Assembly (NCBI GenBank): GCA_016176285.1
Contig: JACOXM010000002.1
Location: 10,917-74,916, forward strand
Reading direction: 5' to 3'
Length of the DNA stretch: 64,000 bases
From: Candidatus Giovannonibacteria bacterium
Lineage (GTDB): Bacteria > Patescibacteriota > Minisyncoccia > JACPKW01 > UBA11713
The position numbers and the translations under genes were made by a program. The notes beneath the pieces were generated by a model. It ran no database searches and was not told where the DNA came from. It was given only the letters and a program-made list of their open reading frames with translations. Each line of letters opens with the position of its first letter. Positions within the stretch are counted from its first letter, which is position 1. Of this stretch, positions 1 to 9,235 are shown in pieces.

Positions 1-153
1 GTAAATAGTGTCAAAAGCCAGAGACGACTTTCCTGACCCCGAAAGGCCCGTCATCACGACAATTTTATTTTTCGGTATGGAAACGGAAATATTTTTCAAG
101 TTATGAACCCGAGCTCCGCGAATATTTAGAAAATCTTTTGATGACCCCGCCAT
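1..153 (-). CDS. uvrA: Excinuclease ABC subunit A, 5' part (runs off window)
   Basis: Manual translation [51 protein letters not shown] matches the UvrA N-terminus with Walker A. Confidence 0.95.
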   Translation of the reverse strand, partial: MAGSSKDFLNIRGARVHNLKNISVSIPKNKIVVMTGLSGSGKSSLAFDTIY

Positions 154-230
154 ATGTAATATTTAAAGTCTTAATTATATAAACAAAGTCAAGTATTTTC
201 AATAGTCCGCAAGTTCTATATTATATTCGC

Positions 231-1481
231 ATGCTTAGACGTTCTGATTTCAAAAAAGCGCCGTCTGGCGCAGGGATTTATTTTTTCAGGGATAGTCGGG
301 GACGCATCATATATGTAGGCAAGGCACAGAATTTAAAACTGCGCCTTTTGAGTTATGCGGATTTTGGACGCGCGGAAATTCGTAAGCATAAAATGCTTAA
401 AGAAGCCATGACCATTGAATGGCACGAACTCTCAAGCGATATAGAGGCGCTGATAGAAGAAGCAATCGCAATCAAACAACATAGGCCGCGGTACAACATA
501 GTTTTCCGCGACGACAAGCAATATTTCTTCGTCGGATTTTCCAGGGGAAGATTCCCACGAATAATTTTAACGCACCAAAGAATAAAAGAATTTGATCTGA
601 TTGGGCCGTTTACCGACGGGGGTTCTCTGAAAAGCGTTTTAGGAAGTTTAAGGCGAATTTTCCCGTATTGCATCTGCAAGGAAAAGCACAAGCGCCCGTG
701 CGTGCGCTCGGAAATTGGGCGGTGCCTCGAAATATGCTGTCTTAAAAATCCTCCGGAGAACGACCAGCGCGAAAAAATATACAAAAAAAATATTCGCGCT
801 ATAAAAAATGTCCTCCGAGGCAAAAGGCAGGACGTTCTAAAATCACTGGAACGGGAAATGAAAGAATTTTCTAAAAAACAGAATTTCGAAGAAGCTAAAA
901 AACGCCACGATCAAATCCACGCCCTTGAAAATATATTCCGGCATAGGCATATAATCAGGCGCGAATTAAATCCCGAGCGAGCAAAAGCCCTCCTGCTCGC
1001 AAAAGATATTTTGGGCCTTCCCGATATACCCATTAGGATTGAAGGATATGATATCTCAAATCTTCAGGGCACAAATGCGGTCGGATCCATGGTGGTATTC
1101 GAAGAAGGAGAACCTAAAAAATCTGACTACAGATTATTTAAAATTCGTTTAAAAAATACGCCGGACGACACAGCCATGCATCGGGAGGTTTTGTCCCGCC
1201 GATTAAAGCATGAGGAATGGCCTCTGCCGGATTTGATTTTGATAGACGGAGGCCTCGGCCAATGGAATGCCACAAAAAAAGTTTTGAATAATTTCGAGCT
1301 TAATACCCCGCTCGCCTCATTAGCGAAAAAGGAGGAAGAACTATGGCTCGGAAAAAATAAAAAAATCCAGCTTAAAAAAATGCCCGTATCCCTTCTTCAT
1401 TTATTTCAGCATATCCGCAACGAATCCCACCGTTTCGCGATTAATTTCCATAGAAACAGCAGGTCAAAAAATCTATTTTGA
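231..1481 (+). CDS. uvrC: Excinuclease ABC subunit C (short, no C-terminal HhH)
   Basis: GIY-YIG (GIYFF..IYVGKA), Cys cluster, UVR, RNaseH-like (IEGYDISN, LIDGG, RNESHRFA). Confidence 0.93.
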   Translation: MLRRSDFKKAPSGAGIYFFRDSRGRIIYVGKAQNLKLRLLSYADFGRAEIRKHKMLKEAMTIEWHELSSDIEALIEEAIAIKQHRPRYNIVFRDDKQYFFVGFSRGRFPRIILTHQRIKEFDLIGPFTDGGSLKSVLGSLRRIFPYCICKEKHKRPCVRSEIGRCLEICCLKNPPENDQREKIYKKNIRAIKNVLRGKRQDVLKSLEREMKEFSKKQNFEEAKKRHDQIHALENIFRHRHIIRRELNPERAKALLLAKDILGLPDIPIRIEGYDISNLQGTNAVGSMVVFEEGEPKKSDYRLFKIRLKNTPDDTAMHREVLSRRLKHEEWPLPDLILIDGGLGQWNATKKVLNNFELNTPLASLAKKEEELWLGKNKKIQLKKMPVSLLHLFQHIRNESHRFAINFHRNSRSKNLF

Positions 1482-1513
1482 CTTTAGGATTAATAAATGC
1501 TACTTTTAAACAT

Positions 1514-1741
1514 ATGTCTTTTCTCGCACGGGTTATGCCTTTTATTCAATTGGGTATATCAATCCTCTTAATTGTGACTATTCTTCTTCAGCAAAAAGGG
1601 TCAGGTCTTTCTGCGACTTTCGGCGGTGAAGGAAATACATATACGACAAAAAGGGGGCTCGAAAAAATCTTATTCAGGGCAACAATAATTCTGGCGATTA
1701 TTTTTTTAGTTTTGGCTTTTCTTAATTTACTGCTTCGTTAA
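1514..1741 (+). CDS. secG: Preprotein translocase subunit SecG
   Basis: ILLQQKGSGLSATFGG..TKRGLEK, two TM helices; ATG 1514 preferred as start. Confidence 0.9.
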   Translation: MSFLARVMPFIQLGISILLIVTILLQQKGSGLSATFGGEGNTYTTKRGLEKILFRATIILAIIFLVLAFLNLLLR

Positions 1742-1747
1742 ATTTAC

Positions 1748-3457
1748 GTGGGTCTTTTATTAAACAGAATCCGTTATGCCTTGCGCTTAATGGGTGGGAA
1801 AGAGCGGGGGATATTATTAATTCTTTCGCTTCTTCTCTTTATAGGTTTCGTTGGAACGGCAAATTTAATAAACCAGCGTTTTTCGGTTATTGTTCCGGAT
1901 GAAGGGGGTACTATTAAGGAAGGAGTGCTCGGACAGCCGCATTTCCCGAATCCCCTTTTGGCTATTGCAGACACTGATCGCGATATTGTGAACCTTGTAT
2001 ATGGAGGGCTCATGAAGCCCGATGGAAAAGGCAATTTAATTCCGGAACTCGCTGAAAGGTATGAAATTTCATCAGATGGATTGTCTTACACCTTTTTTCT
2101 GCAAAAAAACGCAAAATTTCATGATGGGAAAAAAATTACCGCCGATGACATAATTTTTACAATTGAAAGCGCAAAAAACCCCGCGATAAAAAGCCCTTAT
2201 AGAGCGGGCTGGGAAGGAGTTGGAGTAGAAAAAATAGACGAAAACACAGTACGCTTCTGGCTAAAAAAACCTTACGCCCCGTTTCTTGAAAACACTACTA
2301 TCGGAATTCTGCCAAAACACCTTTGGAAAGATATTACGCCGGAACAAATCAGTCTTTCTGGGCTTACAATAAAGCCGATAGGCTCAGGTCCTTATAAAAT
2401 TTCGAGTATCTCAAGAAATGGATCCGTTATTAAAAAATATAATTTGAATTCTTTCTCCGGATATGTATCGGAAAAATCTTATATAAATAAAATTATTTTT
2501 ATCTTTTATCCATCTGAAGTTGAAATGATAAGCGCTTATGAACGCGGCGAAATTAACGCGATTTCGGCGGTTTCCCCCCAAAATCTGCAAAAAATTAAAA
2601 GAAAGGATGGAATTGTAAAAGGACTGAATCTTCCGAGAGTATTCGGGCTTTTCTTTAATCCAAACGAGCAAAATATATTTACAGAAAAAATTGTAAGACA
2701 AGCGCTTGAAATGTCCGCGGACAAAAAGAAAATTATTAAAGAAGTTCTCGGCGGATATGCCAAAGAAATCTCCTCCCCTATCCCAGAAGGAAGCTTCGGT
2801 GCGCTCACAAATAATGATTCAATTTACGATCCAGTCGGGGCAAAAGCGCTTCTTGAAAAAAACGGATGGAAATTTAACAACGGCTCGAAAACATATGAAA
2901 AAGCGGCAAAGGGCCAGCCAACAAAAGAGCTGAGTTTTTCAATTTCAACTTCCAACGCCCCGGATCTTGTGCGTACAGCAGACATATTGAAAAAAGGATG
3001 GGAAAACATAGGTGTAAAAGTTGAGATACGGGTATTCGAAAATGAAGATCTGAAACAAAATGTAATAAGGACAAGAAAATATGATTCGCTTTTATATGGG
3101 GAGATTGTCGGCCGCGATCCCGATCCGTTCGCTTATTGGCATTCTTCGCAAAGAAATGATCCCGGATTAAATCTTGCGCTTTATACGTCTTCCAAGGTCG
3201 ACAAAATTCTGGAGGATGCAAGAAGCATCGTCTCGCGTGAAGACCGGGCACAAAAATACGCCGACTTTCAAAAAGAAATTGCCGCAGATTCACCAAGTAT
3301 TTTTTTATACTCTCCGGATTTCATTTATGTTATCCCAAAAAGTTTAAAGGGATTCGAAAACATAAATATAGTCACGCCAGCAGAACGATTTAGCAGCGTT
3401 AATAAATGGTATTTCGATACGCGATATGTCTGGAAAGTCCTTTATAAGAAAAGCTAG
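1748..3457 (+). CDS. ABC transporter family-5 (peptide/nickel) substrate-binding protein
   Basis: LIPELAE..YTFFL..KFHDG..TADD, PIGSGPY motifs; N-terminal TM. Confidence 0.88.
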   Translation: MGLLLNRIRYALRLMGGKERGILLILSLLLFIGFVGTANLINQRFSVIVPDEGGTIKEGVLGQPHFPNPLLAIADTDRDIVNLVYGGLMKPDGKGNLIPELAERYEISSDGLSYTFFLQKNAKFHDGKKITADDIIFTIESAKNPAIKSPYRAGWEGVGVEKIDENTVRFWLKKPYAPFLENTTIGILPKHLWKDITPEQISLSGLTIKPIGSGPYKISSISRNGSVIKKYNLNSFSGYVSEKSYINKIIFIFYPSEVEMISAYERGEINAISAVSPQNLQKIKRKDGIVKGLNLPRVFGLFFNPNEQNIFTEKIVRQALEMSADKKKIIKEVLGGYAKEISSPIPEGSFGALTNNDSIYDPVGAKALLEKNGWKFNNGSKTYEKAAKGQPTKELSFSISTSNAPDLVRTADILKKGWENIGVKVEIRVFENEDLKQNVIRTRKYDSLLYGEIVGRDPDPFAYWHSSQRNDPGLNLALYTSSKVDKILEDARSIVSREDRAQKYADFQKEIAADSPSIFLYSPDFIYVIPKSLKGFENINIVTPAERFSSVNKWYFDTRYVWKVLYKKS

Positions 3458-4148
3458 CGACCTCTCCCCGGTTTTATTCGTGCCTTCGACGGATAAACGC
3501 GCAATTTATGAAGTCGAAAGGGAGCAAAACGACCCGGAAGAACAAGGGCTTTTACAAAAATTAAAAATAAGGTATGATATAACAACCATTTTCCCAGGAC
3601 TCATTGGAAACGAGCTCCCTAAAACCTTCGGGCATTACCATCCAAGGAATTTAAGCGGCGTTGCTTATCCGGAAATATACGAAGTTATTGAAAACCGCGC
3701 CTGGTATTTGATTCAGCGGCCGAATAAAAATCAGCCAAAAGTAATCGAGGAAGTTTACCTGATCGAAACCAAGCAAAACGAAAAAGCTTTGATTCCCCCG
3801 GGCTTCGGGCATGTAACCATCAACCCAGAAAATAAGAATCTTGTAATGGCAAATTTTGTAGCAAATGGGTTTGATTTTGACTATCAAACTTATGAAAATC
3901 TCAGGGGAAGCGCTTACTACCTTCTTCACGCGGATAAGGACGAGTTAGTACGCCTTGAAAAAAACTCATATTACGATAAAGTTCCTGAAATAATAAAACT
4001 AAAGCCCAAGGAAATACCTGAATTAGGAATCACGTGGGATGTGCCGCTTTATGACATGATAAAAAAGCCGGAGACATTGGATTTTTTGATCCATCCGGAA
4101 AAATATCTGGAATTACTAACAATAAAAAACTGCTTTACGAAAATTTAA
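3426..4148 (+). CDS. Cupin-type glucose-6-phosphate isomerase
   Basis: RYDIT..KTFGHYH..YPEIYEV..IPPGFGHVTIN cupin PGI motifs. Confidence 0.8.
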   Translation: MSGKSFIRKASDLSPVLFVPSTDKRAIYEVEREQNDPEEQGLLQKLKIRYDITTIFPGLIGNELPKTFGHYHPRNLSGVAYPEIYEVIENRAWYLIQRPNKNQPKVIEEVYLIETKQNEKALIPPGFGHVTINPENKNLVMANFVANGFDFDYQTYENLRGSAYYLLHADKDELVRLEKNSYYDKVPEIIKLKPKEIPELGITWDVPLYDMIKKPETLDFLIHPEKYLELLTIKNCFTKI

Positions 4149-4182
4149 TCTTTTAGGGCGAGTGGCGAAACTGGCAGATTCA

Positions 4183-4301
4183 CCCTCCCACCAATGCCCT
4201 CCTGGCGGAACTGGTAGACGCGCTGGCTTCAGGAGCCAGTGGGAGAAATCCCGTGGAGGTTCGAATCCTCTGGAGGGCACACGAGGGCATTGGTGGGAGG
4301 G
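4183..4301. repeat. Perfect 19-bp inverted repeat bracketing the inner tRNA
   Basis: CCCTCCCACCAATGCCCTC (4183-4201) / GAGGGCATTGGTGGGAGGG (4283-4301). Confidence 0.95.
4196..4279 (+). tRNA. tRNA-Leu(CAG), intact inner copy
   Basis: GCCCTCC/GGAGGGC-A acceptor, CTGGC-TT-CAG-GA-GCCAG anticodon arm, type II variable arm, GGAGG-TTCGAAT-CCTCT. Confidence 0.93.
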
Positions 4302-4390
4302 CAAGCGCTTCAGGAGCCAGCGGGGTCAAACCCATGGAGATTCGAATCCTCTCTCGCCCACGTAAATTATTTATCAACTAATAAGAGAAT

Positions 4391-6136
4391 ATGACACCAC
4401 AAAGACAATCCGTCGGACGGATTAAAACAAGAACGGCGCCCGCACTAAACGAAATGCCGAAACAAGCCGAAGGACCCGTTTTAAAATTTCTTCCACTGGG
4501 AGGATGCGGCGAGGTTACCAGAAGCTGCTACGTTTACGAATACAAAGATGACATTGTTATCGTGGACATGGGGCTGCAATTTCCGGAAGAGGATATGCCG
4601 GGAATAGATTACATTATTCCGAACGTGGAATATCTTATTCCAAAAAGAAAAAATATCCGAGGAGTGATCGTCACCCACGGCCACCTCGATCACATCGGGG
4701 CGATTCCCCACTTACTCGAGCCGTTGGGAAACCCCGTTATCTATACGAAACCCCTGACGCGCGGAATGATTTTGAAACGGCAGGAAGATTTCAGAGGAAC
4801 ACCTCACCCGAAAGTTGAACTCGTTGATGAAAACACTAAATTGAAATTAGGTTGTTTCGACGTGGAATTTTTCCATGTAAACCACAACATTCCGGATTCC
4901 ATGGGCGTCGTTCTTCGATCACCCGCGGGCACGGTCGTGCATACGGGCGACTGGAAATTCGATCACACTCCCGTGAATGAGCGTCCCGCCGACGTAGAGC
5001 GGCTCAAACAAATCGGCAAGGACAACGTGCTGCTTTTAGTTGCCGACTCGACCGGATCGCAATCCCCAGGAAAAACAATATCCGAATCGGAAATACAAAA
5101 AAATTTGGATGAAATTTTTACGAAAGCTAAGGGACGAATTATCGCCGCTACATTTTCATCCTTGTTAACGCGCGTACAGCAATTAATTTGGCTAGCGGAA
5201 AAATACGATAGAAAAGTTCTGATCGAGGGAACCTCAATGAAACAAAACGTTCAAGTTGCCCAGGAACTTGGATACCTGAAAATTAAAAAAGGCACAGTAA
5301 TCGGGCGCGAAGACCTCGCCCATACACCCAAAGAAAAAATAATAGTCGTATGCACCGGCGCGCAGGGCGAAGACAGGGCCGCGCTTATGCGCATCGCAAA
5401 CGGCGAGCATAAATACTTGCACTTGGAAAATACGGACTCCGTTATATTCTCTTCATCGGTAGTGCCGGGGAACGAAGCGTCCGTACAAAGATTAAAAGAT
5501 ATCCTATATAAAAAGGCTGAGAAGATTTTTCATTCAGAATCAATGGACATACATGCTTCCGGGCACGCAAAGGGAGACGATCTTAAAGAAATGATTCAAT
5601 TGATAAAGCCGAAATATTTCATTCCAATGCACGGCAATTATTTCATGTTAAAACTTCATTCCGATTTGGCAATTGATGCCGGAATAAAAAAAGAGAATGC
5701 TGTTATCGCGGAAGACGGAGAAATTATAGTTATGGATAAAAATGCCATTCGTAAATCCGGGCAAAAAGCCCCCGTAAACCTGATAATGGTTGATGGATTG
5801 GGCGTGGGAGACGTTAAAGAAGTTGTGCTTCGCGATAGGCAAATGCTCGCGGAAGACGGAATATTCGTAATTATATCCGTTGTAGATTCCGAAACCGGAA
5901 AAGTTAAAGGATCGCCGGATATTATTTCTAGGGGCTTCGTTTATTTGCGCGAATCCCGCGATCTCCTCTCGCAGGCAAGGCATTTAATTAGAAAAGTAAT
6001 CGAAGAATCCACCTCGCAAATGCACCCAATCAACTGGACCTTTCTCAAAGACGAACTCCGTGAAGAACTCGGAAAATTCTTATTCCGCAAAACAGAAAGA
6101 AGACCGATGGTATTGCCGGTGATCATCGAAGTCTAA
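4391..6136 (+). CDS. rnj: Ribonuclease J
   Basis: THGHLDHIG MBL motif, HTGDWK, HASGHA, C-terminal RRPMVLPVIIEV. Confidence 0.96.
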   Translation: MTPQRQSVGRIKTRTAPALNEMPKQAEGPVLKFLPLGGCGEVTRSCYVYEYKDDIVIVDMGLQFPEEDMPGIDYIIPNVEYLIPKRKNIRGVIVTHGHLDHIGAIPHLLEPLGNPVIYTKPLTRGMILKRQEDFRGTPHPKVELVDENTKLKLGCFDVEFFHVNHNIPDSMGVVLRSPAGTVVHTGDWKFDHTPVNERPADVERLKQIGKDNVLLLVADSTGSQSPGKTISESEIQKNLDEIFTKAKGRIIAATFSSLLTRVQQLIWLAEKYDRKVLIEGTSMKQNVQVAQELGYLKIKKGTVIGREDLAHTPKEKIIVVCTGAQGEDRAALMRIANGEHKYLHLENTDSVIFSSSVVPGNEASVQRLKDILYKKAEKIFHSESMDIHASGHAKGDDLKEMIQLIKPKYFIPMHGNYFMLKLHSDLAIDAGIKKENAVIAEDGEIIVMDKNAIRKSGQKAPVNLIMVDGLGVGDVKEVVLRDRQMLAEDGIFVIISVVDSETGKVKGSPDIISRGFVYLRESRDLLSQARHLIRKVIEESTSQMHPINWTFLKDELREELGKFLFRKTERRPMVLPVIIEV

Positions 6137-6180
6137 AAAATAAAGAGGCGAGAATTTATTCTCGCCTCTTTATTTTTTAG
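6133..6180. terminator. Bidirectional intrinsic terminator
   Basis: 23-bp inverted repeat with A/T tails between convergent genes. Confidence 0.8.
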
Positions 6181-6187
6181 AACTTAC

Positions 6188-6217
6188 TCCTATAATACGC
6201 GATAGCGTAAAATAGGA
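6188..6217. repeat. Imperfect palindrome centred on GC-GATA-GC, downstream of PaaX-like gene
   Basis: TCCTAT-AA-TACGC-GATA-GCGTA-AA-ATAGGA. Confidence 0.65.
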
Positions 6218-6231
6218 ACGGGTGAATAAAA

Positions 6232-6765
6232 TCAAATCAATTTAAATTTTTTTCTAAGATCATCATCTGGACTGATAGGAGCTTCGATATAATAAACATA
6301 ATCGGAAATATTGAAAAAGTTTATAATAAAATTTATTTCGTCTCTACAAAAATAAGGATATATAAAAATACTCTTCTGGAATTCTAAAAATCCGATGTCT
6401 TTTAATTTTTTGCGCAGAGCATCTCTAGCTTTTTTTCTTTGCTCTGGAATATCGAAAAGCACCATACGCCACTTTTTATCCCACCTTTTATTGCTAGGAA
6501 GTTTTAATTGTTTGAATATATACCATAAATTCCGCACCCTTCCCTTTTCTGTAAGGATTATTCTTTTATTATCTATTTGAATATATTTCAAAATTTTGAA
6601 TTTTCTTATTAAACTTTGCAGTTCTTTTTGATCTATCGTATTCCAGATATAATCAGCGTCTCTAATCAACTCTAATCTCTGCTGTTTATTTTTTGTAAAA
6701 CCTAACAAAGCGCCGGTGGCTAGTAGTTCTAAAACTTTTCCAGCAAAAGCACTATACCTAGACAT
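6232..6765 (-). CDS. PaaX-family (wHTH + Cas2-like fold) protein
   Basis: LTEKG..WDKKWRMVLFDIPE..RDALRKKL..GF..FQKSIF; AT-rich. Confidence 0.8.
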   Translation of the reverse strand: MSRYSAFAGKVLELLATGALLGFTKNKQQRLELIRDADYIWNTIDQKELQSLIRKFKILKYIQIDNKRIILTEKGRVRNLWYIFKQLKLPSNKRWDKKWRMVLFDIPEQRKKARDALRKKLKDIGFLEFQKSIFIYPYFCRDEINFIINFFNISDYVYYIEAPISPDDDLRKKFKLI

Positions 6766-6766
6766 A

Positions 6767-6798
6767 TACTTATATTAAGCGATAGCATTGTATAAGTA
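6767..6798. promoter_or_regulatory. Related palindrome centred on GC-GATA-GC directly upstream of PaaX-like start
   Basis: TACTTATA-TTAA-GC-GATA-GC-ATTG-TATAAGTA. Confidence 0.6.
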
Positions 6799-6839
6799 CA
6801 AGTCTTTATGATTATCGGATTTGATAGTAAAATAAGAAA

Positions 6840-7823
6840 ATGGTAAAACCAGTAGCCGTTTCGGGCGTACAGCCCTCCGGGGAAATTCATATAGGAAATT
6901 ATCTAGGTGCGATTAAACAATTCGTAGAATTGCAGGAAAAATATCAAACATATTTTTTCATTGTTGACTTGCACGCGCTTACAGAAAATCCCGACCCGCA
7001 AAAATTAAGGGAACAAACTATTTCTTTGGCGGCCCTGTATCTAGCCTGTGGACTTAACCCAAAAAAGACTACCCTCTTTATTCAATCCCATGTTCCCGCT
7101 CACACTGAGCTCGGGTGGATTTTAAACACCTTAACACCACTCGGCGAACTGCAAAGAATGACGCAGTTCAAGGATAAAAGCGAGAAGCACGGGGTTCTCG
7201 CGGGGTTATTAAATTATCCCACCCTGATGGCCGCCGACATTCTTTTATATCGGCCTGAAGTTGTGCCGGTGGGAGAGGATCAAGTTCAACACTTGGAACT
7301 CACGAGGACGCTCGCAAGAAAATTTAATTCAAAATACGGAAAAACTTTTATCGAACCGAGGGCGCTAGTCGAAAAAGATGTTGCCAGGGTGATGGGACTC
7401 GATGACCCTACCAAAAAGATGTCCAAATCCGCCGCAAATCCGAATAATTATATTAATATTTCAGACAGCCCTGATGTTATCAGAAAGAAAATAAAAGTTG
7501 CTGTTACGGATTCCGGAAGCGAAATAAAATACGACTTGCAAACAAAACTGGGAATCTCGAACTTGCTTTCCATTTACAGCGTCTTCTCGGGAAATTCCAT
7601 AAAAAGCATCGAATTTAAATATTCGGGAAAAAATTACGGCATTTTCAAATCCGATCTCTCGGAATTACTTGTCGAAAAACTCTCCCCCATTCAGAAAAAA
7701 TATGAATCCTTTTTGAAAAATAAAAAAAGTCTGATGAAAATTTTAGACGACGGATCAAAAAAGGCGAATAAAACCGCGGAGAAAACATTAAAGGATGTGC
7801 GCGAAAAAATAGGGTTGATATAA
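6840..7823 (+). CDS. trpS: Tryptophan--tRNA ligase
   Basis: HIGN, VPVGEDQ, KMSKS. Confidence 0.97.
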   Translation: MVKPVAVSGVQPSGEIHIGNYLGAIKQFVELQEKYQTYFFIVDLHALTENPDPQKLREQTISLAALYLACGLNPKKTTLFIQSHVPAHTELGWILNTLTPLGELQRMTQFKDKSEKHGVLAGLLNYPTLMAADILLYRPEVVPVGEDQVQHLELTRTLARKFNSKYGKTFIEPRALVEKDVARVMGLDDPTKKMSKSAANPNNYINISDSPDVIRKKIKVAVTDSGSEIKYDLQTKLGISNLLSIYSVFSGNSIKSIEFKYSGKNYGIFKSDLSELLVEKLSPIQKKYESFLKNKKSLMKILDDGSKKANKTAEKTLKDVREKIGLI

Positions 7824-7831
7824 ATTTTAAC

Positions 7832-9208
7832 TCACGCGGGCTCGATGCCGCGGGAGGCAAACAAGGTGAAAAGTTCCTCCTCTTTTTCGTGAAAAGTTTT
7901 TTCGTCGTTGGCTTCCAGAACAAGCCGCAAAACGTTTTCAGTATTGGAAAATCTCGCATTAAACCACCAGTTTTTGTATCTAAAAGTGATGCCGTCAAAA
8001 TAGTCTCTTTCGGCGTCGGCATATTTTTCTTCGAGCGCCGACATCAATCCTTCCCGGTCTTTAATTGCAAAATTTTTCTCCCCGGAGTGGGTGTAGATAA
8101 AATAGGGCTTTAATAACTCTGAAAGTTTTGCTTTCGAGGAAGAGATGATGTGAAGAACTTTCAGGGCGGCCAAGATAGAGCTTTCGGAAAAAAAGAATTC
8201 CTTGAAATAAAAATGACCCGACAACTCCCCTCCCAAGGCGGAATCTTCCTGGCGCATTAATTCCTTGAAAAATGAATGTCCAACGCGTGATTTATGGCAC
8301 TTGATCCCGTCTTTCGCTAAATCTTCCACTAAAACCCGGGAAGCCCTGACATCATACACGACGCTTTCTCCCGGTTGGACAAATTTTTTTGCCAAAAGCC
8401 ACAGCACGGCATCGCCTCTTATTACATTTCCAAGCTCATCCAATACAATAATTCTGTCGCCATCGGGGTCGAAAATAAAGCCGACTTCGGCTTTATTTTC
8501 GAGCACCGCCTTACGAGCATTAACTTGCGCTTCCGGTAAAAGCGGATTTGGCTCCCTGACTACCATGGAAGGATCTGGTTCGAGGTTTAAATTAATATCG
8601 TGTATTTTTTCTACGCTCTTCAAGAGTTCCGATAAAATCGGGCCCACCGCTCCCCCGCCGGCATCAAAAACGGCTTTAATATCCTTCGGCAAATTAACTC
8701 TTTCCAGAAGAAATGAGATGTAATCTTTTAGAAAATTTTTTTCTTCAAGACTTCCTTTCGGACCCGAGTAATCCGTAATTCCCTTTTTAATTATTTCTTT
8801 GATTTCGGGATAACCATTTTTTTCATTTAAAGGCTGAACCCCCTTATAAACTTTAAAGCCATTATATCTTACGGAATTATGCGAAGCCGTTATCATTATT
8901 CCTGCCGGCATTCCGCTCAAGTAAAGCGAATATGCAAAAAGGGGCGTAGTAGCGGCACCGATATTGACCACATCGATTCCCCTTTCCCGCAGCTTATTTA
9001 TTACTACATTTGAAATTTCCGATGAGCTCCACCTGACGTCTTCGCCGACCAAGCATTTTTTTCCTCCGAATGATTTAAAATATTGCGCTGCGCCCTCAAC
9101 AAAAATTTCGATAGTGTTCAAATCCAGCTCCTCTGGATATAAACCCCTGATATCGTAAGCCTTGAAAACTTTTTCGTTAAAAGCCTTTAACCTGATATTT
9201 ACGTCCAT
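7832..9208 (-). CDS. Phosphomannomutase/phosphoglucomutase
   Basis: FKAYDIRG, TASHN, DPDGDR, GELSGH. Confidence 0.93.
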   Translation of the reverse strand: MDVNIRLKAFNEKVFKAYDIRGLYPEELDLNTIEIFVEGAAQYFKSFGGKKCLVGEDVRWSSSEISNVVINKLRERGIDVVNIGAATTPLFAYSLYLSGMPAGIMITASHNSVRYNGFKVYKGVQPLNEKNGYPEIKEIIKKGITDYSGPKGSLEEKNFLKDYISFLLERVNLPKDIKAVFDAGGGAVGPILSELLKSVEKIHDINLNLEPDPSMVVREPNPLLPEAQVNARKAVLENKAEVGFIFDPDGDRIIVLDELGNVIRGDAVLWLLAKKFVQPGESVVYDVRASRVLVEDLAKDGIKCHKSRVGHSFFKELMRQEDSALGGELSGHFYFKEFFFSESSILAALKVLHIISSSKAKLSELLKPYFIYTHSGEKNFAIKDREGLMSALEEKYADAERDYFDGITFRYKNWWFNARFSNTENVLRLVLEANDEKTFHEKEEELFTLFASRGIEPA

Positions 9209-9235
9209 TGATTAATATTTTACCATAAGAAAATT

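Larger units (their letters stand above)
4156..4360 (+). pseudogene. Outer, interrupted tRNA-Leu(CAG): 5' half 4156-4178, 3' half about 4304-4360
   Basis: Acceptor GGGCGAG/CTCGCCC-A, D-arm TGGCGAAACTGGCAGA, TT-CAG-GA loop, long variable arm, TTCGAAT; anticodon-stem 5' strand and T-stem have mismatches. Confidence 0.8.

Noticed and set aside
4179-4305. Canonical tRNA intron (group I or bulge-helix-bulge)
   Set aside because: No group I core, and removing the insert does not restore the outer D/anticodon stems
4116-4377. Short ORFs over the tRNA-Leu locus
   Set aside because: Shadow translations of tRNA sequence
6232-6765. CRISPR-Cas (Cas2 annotation)
   Set aside because: No repeat-spacer array or other cas genes seen; the architecture is PaaX-like
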